A stretch of 64,000 nt of DNA, taken from the NCBI RefSeq assembly GCF_001194135.2, contig NC_068992.1, positions 37,079,360 through 37,143,359 on the forward strand, read 5' to 3'. A program made the translations under genes and the position numbers. The DNA comes from Octopus bimaculoides. Taxonomy: Eukaryota. Below are positions 52,901-64,000 of this stretch, piece after piece. The notes below the pieces were generated by a model, which saw nothing but the letters and a program-made list of their open reading frames with translations, made no database searches and had not been told where the DNA came from. Positions within the stretch are counted from its first letter, which is position 1; each line of letters opens with the position of its first letter.

Positions 52901-55129
52901 GGACTCTCTTGTTTGACAGGATGTTTCCCAGATAGTAGAATTTTGGTACAGCATTTAGAGAGTTGTTGTAGAGGATGACACATGAATTTATGTATATATA
53001 CTTTTGGTACATCATTATCATCTTAGTTTTAATGATCACTCTTTCACACAAGGTAAATAGGTATGCCAAATATCATATAACCAATTGTCTCAATTATACA
53101 TCATCATGTCTCAGTGATCCAAGATGCTGAAATTTAACTTCACTATTTCTTCCTATGTCTGATGTTTACTATCTCTTTGTATCACATACAGACTCATAAT
53201 TATACAGTTACTCCACCGTGTTGAATCATTCAATGGTCATCCAATCTCTCAGCTCATCATGCAGTTCTACTCATTTTATGAAAGTTAAATCCAACAAATT
53301 TTAACCAACTCATTCTCTCCAACATTCATTAACTGTGTGTCACCATTAAGCAACATTATTTGCTTTATTACATACTTCAGCGCCCAGGACTTCTACTCTC
53401 CTTCTTACTCTAGTTAGAATATTTCCAAACATCCCTAACACATTTAGGCTGTCTAGATAATGGAAAACACTAAACTAATAACAATTTTGAAAGTTGTCAT
53501 GCTGTAATGAAAATTTCTGCCAAAGCACTAGTTTGTTAATATCCACATCTATACAGTCTGCATGTGAAAGGCAAAGTGCTGTACATCAAATACTCATGTT
53601 TTATTTTCTTCAATGCCTAAAGCTACTAAGAAGAATTAGAGAGAGCAACTTTAAAATTCAGTGAAAAACTAGATATGATTAACAAAATAGAATGCATACT
53701 GAATAATCTTTAACTACAAGCCAAATATCATCCTATACATGCTGGGATGAGCTAAAATCATATTAATAATACAAAAGTAATCTCTACAAAAGTATCTTAA
53801 TGACAGAATATAACATCCAATTATCAGCTTTATATAACATTAAAAATATCTAGATATGACTGAATGTTCTGAGCCTAACAATAAAATAGTCTGCATAAAT
53901 CAAAATGTAAAAATATTATCAGAGTGATTTTTAATGTAGCTATATCTGAGTCTATAATTTTAGCTAAAGCTAAATATTTTAAAGAGAAAATAAATGAAAA
54001 GTTTCTGATATTTTATCCTGATCTTGTTGATCAAGTTACAATACATCAATTTTTATAACATTGATTCCTAGCAAAACAGATTAAAAGGATACCTGCTCTG
54101 TTTAGTAGAGAAATATAACATTCCCATGAATCTCTTTGAGATGCTGAACAAAATGCATGTGATGGTTTCAAAATGAAAACCTGTAAATAAGCATGCATAC
54201 TGAATAATCTTTAACTACAAGCCAAATATCATCCTATACATGCTGGGATGAGCTAAAATCATATTAATAATACAAAAGTAATCTCTACAAAATTAGTACA
54301 CCAACAAATAACAGACTACTCATTACACATTCAATAGGATAGTATCTTAAATGCTACTTATCCCCAAGCAACAGAAGTTAAAAGTGTCATTTTTCATCAT
54401 ACCTAACCATGGAAAATATACTGAATCCCAAGAGTTCTTAAACAATACAATTTCATCAGGCGTTGTGATTAACAGGATAGTAATGGGAAACTTAGAACAG
54501 CAATTTTATGAAGCCTCAGTCTGAGCAAGTAATTAGATTCTGTTACATGAACTGAATATATATTCATTATGTGTCCAGTGAGAAACTATCGTCAACAAAA
54601 ACAACTGTCAATTTTCATTTTTCATACTTTCATTTATTGTACTGACACATATCAATGTATATGTTCACAGGCCATAAATCAAATTGTTTTCATGCTAATG
54701 ACAACTGATGCAGTAGTCAGAGGGCACCAATATAAAATTGTTATAGTTGTATGTTTAACATAAAAATATATATGCAAAAAGACATATTTGTAATGCATCT
54801 AAAAGTATGTAAAGAAACTTCAGAACTTCAGGAGGGCTTCTTGATATCTAGCTAAAATTATTACCTGTATAATAACAGAGCAGAGAGTCAATATATAGCA
54901 GTCCATGAATTCAATAGAAAACATGACTGAGACAACCATTCTCTGAAAATTCATTAATTTTTGCATGAAGCTGCATTGAATGTAGAGAACATTACACAAA
55001 ATGAAGCTCTCACATGACATGAGAGCTTCTACTTTGCTTACTAGGTGCATATAAATGTGAGCATTGGCACTCACAAAACTACTTCAGTTATATACCATGG
55101 CTATTTTTATTAATAAATACCTCTGCATC

Positions 55130-55460
55130 ATCATTATCATCATTTAATATCTGTATTCCATGCTGACATGGATTGAACAGATGACAGGATCAGACAAACC
55201 AGAGAACTATGTCAAGCTCCAATGTCTGTTTTGGCATAGTTTCTACATTTGGATTCCCTTCCCAACCAGCACTAGTGAAGGTCATAAAGTAACTTGCAAG
55301 ACAAGGAAAAGACCCCTTGACTGAGTAGTGTTGTAGTAGAGTGGGAGGTAGCATTATGTCAGATGTTGAGAGGTTAAAGTATGATAGAGAAGACAGGCAT
55401 AGGTACCTTGCTATAGAGGGTGGGTGGTAGTAGCTGGAAAGAAGACAATGATGGTGGTGA
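55130..55460 (-). mobile_element. RTE-tail-type repeat, related to 25470-25800
   Basis: catcatttaatatc…ccatgctgacatgg tail; shared aagtatga…ggtaccttgctatagaggg segment. Confidence 0.55.
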
Positions 55461-55871
55461 CTTGGAATGTTAAAATTCACTTCTCATCACATTTAGTTTT
55501 GTTGTTGCTTTTGACACAGTTATGTTGTCATTTGTTGCATTTTGAATATATAATGTAGTTTATAAAATTAGTTATCTCCTCAGTTTAGTTCATACCTATA
55601 TGAGCAATAATATTTCCTCAAAGACAGAGGCATATAGCATGCATAAAATATATACACATATATTCATTCATTTAACATTCATTTTTTCATGCTAATATAG
55701 ATTAGACAAAAGTACTATTTTGTAGCCAGATGCTCTTCCTGTCACTTGTTTCCAGGTAAGGTAATATTACTTCATGCCTAAACATATTTTCATGGAAGAC
55801 TGCTTATGTGATGGTGACACTTGTTTACAACTTTTACATGATGTCAAGACAAGGAGACACACGCATGTATA

Positions 55872-56040
55872 TATATACATATATGATGGGCTTTTTCAGT
55901 TTCTGTCTACCAAATCTACTCAAATAGCTTTAATCAGCCTGGAACTATAGCAGAAGATACTCTCTCTCAATGTTTCCTGCAGTGGGACTAAACCTGATGT
56001 GGTAGGGAAGCAAACTTCTTAGTCACACAACCACAGCTGC
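55872..56040 (-). mobile_element. tRNA-derived SINE head (decayed)
   Basis: RC similar to 10806-10945. Confidence 0.7.
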
Positions 56041-56043
56041 ACC

Positions 56044-56103
<60 letters not shown>

Positions 56104-56231
56104 TGAGCACACATGTGTGTGTGTATGAAGAGCATTGTAGTTTGCTTGAAGCATTGTAGCACAAAAGTAGAGTAATAAATGATAATGGAAATGAAGAAAG
56201 CTTCTAACAATGCAGAGATGAAAGTTGAAAA

Positions 56232-56271
56232 CCTTTATATATTTCAGGCACGAAAGCCCTTCTTCAGAAGG
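56232..56271 (-). ncRNA. Minimal type-I hammerhead ribozyme motif, essentially intact
   Basis: CCUU-CUGAAGA-A-GGGC(UUUCGU)GCCU-GAAA-UAU-AUA↓-AAGG: 4-bp stem I, 4-bp stem II, palindromic AUAUAU stem III. Confidence 0.7.
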
Positions 56272-56289
56272 GTACAGTCAAAGAAATGT

Positions 56290-57508
56290 GTGTCTACATA
56301 ATTTCTACCATTTGAATAGCTGGCTGGACAGTGACCATGTATTAGTCTGAGGCTTGTGCTATCAGCAACAGCTATCCAAATGATGGTCTTGCAGAAGTTG
56401 CACTGGGGATAAGGGTGGTGGAAGACTGGCTGTAAGTTGGCAGCAGTGGTGAGAAAGATGGCAAATTTCCCTGGGAAATCATGGCAGCTGATTGCAATGG
56501 AAAATGAGGTTGCATGTCATCCTTTACTAAGAGCCTCATCAACCAAGTTGATGAAAAATGTCAAGTCTGTTTTCCCAATGCACTGGGATGAGCATTTTTA
56601 TACTCCTGAACAGAATAACAATGTCTAGCCAGACTGATATTATCATCACCTCTTCTGAAAAGATGTCTGATGAGTTTTTATGCAAAATAAAAAATGGGTC
56701 CTCCACAACTATATTTGTCTAGGAAGCCTAAGCATTTTTCTTTAGGAATTTGATAATCTTGGCTAGTGATGTCTGGCCTTAACTCACTGCCAATTTATCT
56801 ACTTGGCAACTTCTGTAAGGATCTTTTGGGGCATTTGCATGTGTTGGCTTTCACCTAGTGCCCTAGAACATCTGATTCAAATATCACTCTTCTTCATTGC
56901 TCTAATCTTTTTATTTGCTAAATGATCTGACTGATTACTGATACATGCTCAAGGCATCCAGAAAACCCTTAAACTCCTTCGTGTGTCCAAAATAGGGAAT
57001 AGAAATGTGGCTAATATTTGACAATGATGGACCAAAAGATCTCCCCTTTGCTATTTAACAAGATCTCTCAAACCTGGTCAAGTCCTACCAAATTTCTTCT
57101 GGAATGAAGCAGCCTTCCACAAGTGACCACAGCCAGAGTTTCCATTTCTTTTTCCAGATCATCAGTAGAAGTTTTGGCAAGCCTCATCAGTATCAGTTAG
57201 CAATTCTTGAAGAACTTGGATGTGGTATCACATAGCTCTGGAGAATATCCTGCCCAAGCTTTTTCCACTTCTGCCCTTACATCATTGACAATGAAGTATT
57301 CCATATTAAAAGGAGGGATGTGTAGCTTGGATGTTGACAACTGGAAAGAACAGTCCCCTAGTAAAATGTTTCTCTTGATGTTACTGGTCACAGCTGTCAA
57401 TCTACTCTCTGCTTCTTGCTTAGAGCACATAAGCTTTTCACTTTTTTTCCTTTCTGAATTAGAACTAGAATGAACAAGAATGGGTTGTTAAAAAAGCCTT
57501 TCTTTGCT

Positions 57509-57551
<43 letters not shown>

Positions 57552-58180
57552 GCTTTTACCAGATTACAAATTTAAAGCAGTTTTTTCCCCATAATTCTGA
57601 GCTCAGCTAGTTTAAAACTGTTTTTCTCTTCATTTGCCTCTTTCACCCTTTTGTCAGTTGTTTCAGCTCTTTTCTCAGTTCAGTGATTTGATACTACCTC
57701 TTACTGAGACCATACAGTTTCTAAATTTTTTTTCCTTTATGCCAATGGTATTTTGATATGCCTGGAACACAACTTGCTTCATGGTCCTTATCTTCCTGGT
57801 TACATCACTTTTCAGAATATTGTCCAGAATGATGTGCATATCTTCATTCAACTGAGCTCATCTTTGATTTGCCACTGGTGGAAAATTCAGCTATGCTATC
57901 TTCTTAAAATCCTCTAGGCTTTCTGATTCTTCCTACACTCTGAGGAAGTTGATCAGAAAGATCATAGATACTCTGGTTTGCCACCTTGCCCCAGTTTGCC
58001 TTCAATCGACAAACCATTCTAATACTCTAGGTGGTATCAGGTGTTTTGCATTGTTGTAGTTTCTCTTAGCACTTAACTTTGCTTTGATGAGTTTTCACAC
58101 CATGTTCACTCTTGAATATTCTACCATAGATGTTGCATCTCCTAGTTTTATCCTCCTGTCCTGCTACATCCAATCTTGTA
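56290..58180 (-). mobile_element. HERO-like (RLE-type) non-LTR retrotransposon, heavily decayed with internal deletions
   Basis: N-terminal CNIYGRIFKSEHGVKTHQSKVKC Zn finger; CSKQEAESRL…KAWAGYSP…KFFKNC; GFSGCLEH; C-terminal PQCNFCK. Confidence 0.6.
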
Positions 58181-58674
58181 GTCCTAACATACCCCTTCAC
58201 TTTCCCTCTCTCCACTCTCCTTTTGCACTACCTGTTCACTCACCCCCCTAATACTCTGTATAACTTCACCTTTGTTCCCTACCTTGTACCTTGAGGGTAC
58301 ACCCTGACACATGTTCACCACCAAATTCTCCCGTCCTCTTTCTCTCTAACTGGGGTATCCAAGTATCTCCTCCACAACAGGACATCTGTTTCTGTCCTCC
58401 TATCATAGTTTAACCTCTCATAAATCACCTCCTTCAATACCACTCCCCTCTCAGTTGAGGTGCCTTTATCATTCAAGTAGAAAAGTACAAGGAGGTATGA
58501 GAAAGTTTAATTCTCCATAATAGATGGATGGATATAAAAGTTTTGAAGGTTCTTGGATGTAAAAGATTAAGGATATATAAAAAGTTTATGGATATAGAGG
58601 TAGATGTAAAAGTAAATTGGTAAATAAATAAGTAGACAGACAGAAAGGCAGGTCAATGGGTGGATAACTGGATG

Positions 58675-58790
58675 GATGGATGGATAGATGAATAGATGGA
58701 TAGATAGATAGATAGATAGATAGATAGANNNNNNNNNNTAGATAGATAGATAGATAGATAGATAGCTAGATAGATAGATAGATAGATTAG
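58675..58790. repeat. (GATA)n/(GATG)n microsatellite
   Basis: Tetranucleotide array. Confidence 0.95.
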
Positions 58791-58829
58791 CCTAAATGTG
58801 ACATGTGACTTGTTACTGGGTGTTACAGC

Positions 58830-59330
58830 TTATCTTGTTAGCACTTCTGAATCAACAATTCTTCATCAGGCATTCTTAATTCTTATTTGTTCTTGTTCTT
58901 TGCTGATGATGGCTATTATTAGCACTGGTTAATGATCCTGGAAGCAAGAGATGTATTTCCATGCATCCAACTCATTATGGCAGTTCAGGATAGGTGCCTT
59001 CTTCCTAATGAAGTATAACTCTATGATTCTGAGGTTAACTGCATCTGTCTCCTTGCCAGTATCCAGGTGGAGAAATTCCCATCACAGTGTTGGTGGTATT
59101 GAAACATGGTGCTGGGTGGTGCAGCCTTGTGGAGATGTTCCTTCACTCTAAGGTGAAGTTGTCTTCTGGTTGATCCTATGTATGTTGTTCCACAAGAGCA
59201 CATCATTTGGTACACTACATTGGATTTAAAACACAGCCACATGCTATCCATTAGCTGTATTGTTCTGATTGGACAGTGGTTTAGGCAGCATGCATTCGGC
59301 ATGTTATTGGTGTGTGAGAGCATGTCTAAG
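58830..59330 (-). mobile_element. PLE (Penelope/Poseidon-like) GIY-YIG fragment with a downstream degenerate hammerhead
   Basis: VVYQMMCSCGTTYIGSTRRQLHLRVKEH; TGC-CTGATGA-A-GAAT(TGTTG)ATTC-AGAA-GTGC-TA at 58836-58872. Confidence 0.8.
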
Positions 59331-59526
59331 CATGTGGCCCAATCTCATGTGTGTGTGTACATATATATGCAAGCAATGTGATTAAGAAGTTATTTTATCA
59401 ACTACATGGTCTCAATGTTAGTTTTATTGCAGCACCTTAGACATGTGTTTTCTACTATAGCTTCAGGCCAACCAATGCTATGCACTCTGAGTGAATAAAG
59501 TAGATATATACACGTGTGTGTGTGTG

Positions 59527-59560
<34 letters not shown>

Positions 59561-59675
59561 AGAATGTTTATATTTTCCAGTTTACATGAAAAAGCAGTTG
59601 ATAATTCTATCAACAAAGTGTCCTCTAGCTCAATGTTTTCAAAGACTAGTGGAATGAAAATTCCTATACTTGATA

Positions 59676-60587
59676 TATGAGGTGGTATCAAAAGGTTCCC
59701 GAACTAGGTATGTTTAACAAAAAATAACTTATTTACTTCAATTTTAACATCATCTCCTTCAAAATAATCACCTTGCCCAGCAATACACTGGTCCCAGCAT
59801 TCTTGCCACTTTTGGAATCCCACCTGGAAGTCATTTTCCATAAGCAAGTCGAGGATCTTCTGTAATTTGTTTTGAATCTTGGAAACATATTAAAATCACA
59901 ACCTTTCAGCTGCATTTTCATCTTGGGGAAGAGATGGAAACCTGCAGGTCCTAAATCTGGTGAATAGGCCAGGTGCAGAAGTGATGCCTTGTTGGTTATA
60001 GTGAGAGACTCATAAGTGAGGATAGCATGGTGACAGGGTGCATTGTCATTATGAAGAACCCAATTCTTCACACTCCACAGATCTGGTCACTTTTACCAAA
60101 TGTCCTCCCGCAAAAGCTTCAAAACATCACAGTAGAACTCACAGTTGATGGTCTGGCTCAATGCACAATACTACATTTCCAGGGGTGACATTTGTGGCAG
60201 GTCTTCCAGATTGTTCATCATCTTCCAGGGATATTCTTCCACTTTTGAAGTGCCTGTGCCACTCGAATCATTGTCCCATTACAATCCATTGTCCCAGTAC
60301 CATAAACTTGTCAAAGCATGCTCAATGTATCTGTAGCTAACTTCTCAAGTTTTAACACAAAATTTTACATTGGGTCTTTATTCCTGTCCATGACAAAATC
60401 ACAGACTACAGCATACATGTGATCACAAAAACACAAATTTCACAACTTGTAAAGTAAACACTGTGATGTCACTCAGCACACTGCCTCATGAGGGTCACTG
60501 CTGGCTCTCACTGTGCATGCAACAGCATGCTGCCATCTGTTGGCACACTACAGAACTAGTCAGAGAACTTTTTGATACTATCTTGTA
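59676..60587 (-). mobile_element. Mariner with both TIRs, internally deleted
   Basis: TIRs TATGAGGTGGTATCAAAAGGTTCCCGAACTAG / RC TACAAGATAGTATCAAAAAGTTCTCTGACTAG; WVLHNDNAPCH, AYSPDL. Confidence 0.88.
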
Positions 60588-60794
60588 CAAGTAAAGATTA
60601 GCAATAGGAAAGGCATCTGGTTATAGAATAATTCAGTAATATATAATAATTAATGTTATATGTGGCTATAAGAGAAGGATATGAATTCTACTTCGCAGCA
60701 TATATCTACGAGTCTCGATGGGTATAAGATAAGCAAAAGCGCAGCTTGCTTGCATATCCGAAGCCACTCACATATATATGCCTGGGTATACCGA

Positions 60795-60859
60795 CACTGA
60801 TGACGGCAAAAAGGTAAAGTTTTTTTTATTACTTTAAGCCCGAAACACGATCATGTATG
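60795..60859 (+). ncRNA. Hammerhead-like motif
   Basis: CA-CUGAUGA-CGGC…(UAAAGU/ACUUUA)…GCCC-GAAAC-A-CGAUCA-U-GUA↓-UG. Confidence 0.5.
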
Positions 60860-61024
60860 CAGTTAACCAAAGTTGTAATTCATTTTCTTTCTTCTACTAG
60901 CCTATATGTAGTGTGTTTTTCTCGGAGAATTTAAGGTGGCAATAGTGTCTTTTGACATCTAGTTTTCAGTGGTGAAGCGCAAGCCAAACCCTTGTTATAA
61001 TTATGAATACAATTATAATATATA

Positions 61025-61064
<40 letters not shown>

Positions 61065-61425
61065 TGTGTGTGTGTATTCCATAATACCATTCCTACATTT
61101 CTTTCCATCACCTTCCATCCCTCCCCACCAGATACACACAGAAATGCCCACATATCCCAATCAACCTTCTCATTGGTCAAAATTGGTAAGCAACCCTCAC
61201 TTAAATGTCCATTAATGCTATTTTGCCCAAAGAAATGACTGCATGAACATGATCTATCTGGTGTTCAGGGATACTATGTCTGTACTGTAATCATTTCAGG
61301 AATGCAGACTATGATCTTAAAAAACATGTAACTTGTGGAGATGCATGTACTGATGCATTAAAATATTTATGAATTCCATCAAAGGATTATTATTGTTATT
61401 ACTTGTTGTAGCCTTGGTCTCCAAA

Positions 61426-64000
61426 TGTATTGTGACGGATGGTTTAGATACACTGTACCAGTAGTAACAGTAAACAAGATAACTATGTAGCCATAATAAC
61501 AATGTAACGATCCAACAATCTATTCACAAACCAACACTCAATATTCCAAATGAACTAACCAACTTCTGACTTCACTATGAACTCAACTCCAACTAACACA
61601 CAAACTTCACTTCAACTGCTACTATTTATAATCACTCAGTCCAATATATTTCTCGCAAGGGGGCATCATGTCTTTCATCACATCTTTTTTACAGCACCTC
61701 TCCCTCACACTTTTTAAAAAAATTTAATATGTTTTTCATTTTGGCATTATCTCTAAGCACTCGTTTCCTTTTTCTACTGCTACGTCTATGAGGCTCAATC
61801 TCTTTTGGTACTGACACCTCAAACATGTCATAGCAGACTTCTATTAGTATTTCCTTTCGTTTTTGGGGATGGGTGGTAGGGTGAGATAAAATATGTTTTA
61901 TTGAATGTATTTTGAAGAGATTTTTGAATTCACTACCCGTAAATTGTGTTCCATTATCTGATACCAACATGTCTGGAACACTGTATTGGGCAAATACAGG
62001 AACTTTATTGCTGTTTTGCAGTTGGTTTATTGCACCTGCATACCTCTGGCCACTTTGTACTGCTATCAACAACGATTAGATAGTATGTGCCATTCACCAG
62101 TCCAGCATAATCGATGTGTATCCTGGACCACAAGCTATCCATCTCAGGCCACAATTAGTATTTCATTGGTGGTGCTTTGGCTGCTAGCACACAAGCTCTA
62201 CATGACTTTACACAATTTTCAATGTCCTGGTCCATTGTTGGCCAATATACATAGCTCCGCATTAAGGCTTTCATTCTCAACATTCCTGGGTGTCTACTGT
62301 AGAATTCATGCACTTGTTTCTATAGTGCAGTTGGCACTACCACTCTTTGTGCATACATTAAAACATCATCACATAGTGAAAAATTATTCAAACTTATATT
62401 TTTATTTTGCTTATTTTTCAACATTTCTTTCATTCTTGTAATGTAATTATTCTCTGTGGATTTCATTTTTATATTATGCGCTGTCACTGGCAGTTCATGA
62501 ATAACATTACACATCACGTTTTCAATTAATTTTTTTCTTCAATTCAGCTGCTGAGTTCTTTTCACTGATGGGGCAGCCATTTAATTTTTTACAGTACTGG
62601 CTTATTGGGAGATCTCATAAATCAAATAATTCCAAATAGTTGGTACCAAACAGATTGGTTGCATTCTTTATGACAAAAACTTTTACCTTGCAAGTTTTTC
62701 CTTGAAATGTGACATTATTCCACATTTCAGCTACAAAGTGTAGTTTGTCCCCCATCACACCATGTTCAGTTTTTGCTGTTTTTCTTAACATAGGTTTACC
62801 TGTAATACATCTCAGTATTAATGATAGAAATGTCACTACCAGTATCCAGTTGTCATTTAATATTTACTCTGTTTACTTTTAAGTGTACAAATTTCCGTAT
62901 TTGGGAGTCAATTGGGAGCACTTTATATGTTTGCCCTTCATACTTTTGTTCTGCAGTGTGAACTCCTGTGTCGAAAGTTTTGACAACTGTAACATTTTTG
63001 ATTTTTAAAAGGAGAATTTTTTCTGAAATGTAGGCCTCCACATCCGTAACATGGATTAGGACCTAACAATCTTCTTTCGTTATACTTTCTTAGTCGACTT
63101 ATCTGGACTTTTGCAAAATCCTTTTCTTGAGTTTTTCTTATGTTGTGTTTCAGACTCTCTATCCTTTGACACTCTTCTGCAACAGCCTTAGGGTTAAATC
63201 TTGGTTCGCTTGTTTAAATTTTGAAAGAATTCTTGCCTGTATTTCTGTATCATCATTTACTGTAAGGCCTTGTACAAAAACAAGGCACTTAAACATCTCA
63301 GGAGTAAGTTCTTTAAGTTTAAAACTTTCATACATTCTGTTGACTGTTCCTGCATACGTAATAAAGTCATCATCCTCTTTTTTAGTTAAATTCCAACACT
63401 CCATTCAAGTATTAAACAGAGAAGTTTTATCAGTGAACATATTAAACAGTAATTTGATTGCTTCCTGAAAGCAAATTTCACTAGACTTTTTGGGCAATAT
63501 GAAATTACAGTATCATTCAAACTCAGACGGAACTAATTTATGCAATAATAACCTTACTTTTTGTAATGTTGTTGTAATAATAACCTAACTTTTTCTTCAT
63601 CCGACCATGTTTTGCAATCTTCCTTAAAAATCTCCTTTTACCTTCTGTAGTATGCTGCAAAATGTTATACACTCCTATGGGTTATAATTGAATTCTGTTA
63701 TTGAGTTTGATACGCAGTCTGGTGAAAATGAACTTACCACATTTTTGGACATCTTTGCATATAGCTCCAATAATTGTTGCTGTTGTAGTTGTTGCTGTAC
63801 TAATTGCTTCTGCAACACCTGTTGCTGTTCTTGTTGCTTTGTCAACTGTATTATAGAAGCTAATAGGTGTTCCATCATTTAGTAAGTTGTATCAAGAACA
63901 AATTGTTAAATAACCTACATGAGCTTCAAAACCCTAGTTACTAGAAGCTGTATCCTCTGTCTCCAAATGTTGCAGCAATGCCACAATATTGTGACGGATG
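61426..64000 (-). mobile_element. Ty3/Gypsy (Mag-like) deletion derivative: gag-protease-partial IN, no RT or RNase H; 5' LTR runs off the window
   Basis: LTR 61426-61693 (TG…CA) with PPT GAGGGAGAGG; LTR end repeated at ~63968-64000; Gln-rich gag MMEHLLASII…; RHPGMLR; VSDNGTQF. Confidence 0.9.

Noticed and set aside
54865-54970. AG…GT-bounded open 106-nt segment on the minus strand
   Set aside because: No recognisable protein; needs RNA evidence

Overview
This is AT-rich, microsatellite-dense eukaryotic genomic DNA from a gapped scaffold. The SINE and RTE-tail families resemble those I recall from octopod cephalopods (inference). I found no host protein-coding gene, rRNA, intact tRNA or CRISPR array. 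The window is mostly decayed, often nested transposable elements. These include Penelope-like elements (PLEs) of about three types, CR1-like, RTE, R4/Dong-like and HERO-like LINEs, three Ty3/Gypsy elements, several Tc1/mariner elements, a Buster-type hAT with perfect TSDs, Helitron-like ends and tRNA-derived SINEs. The most notable unexplained signal is a set of at least seven minimal type-I hammerhead-ribozyme-like motifs in at least five unrelated sequence contexts. One is essentially intact (56232-56271, minus strand). Two sit in a ~270-bp element with a tRNA-like Pol III head, present as a head-to-head fold-back pair (41778-42326), which is a candidate ribozyme-bearing SINE/retrozyme family. 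All alignments and folds were done by eye.
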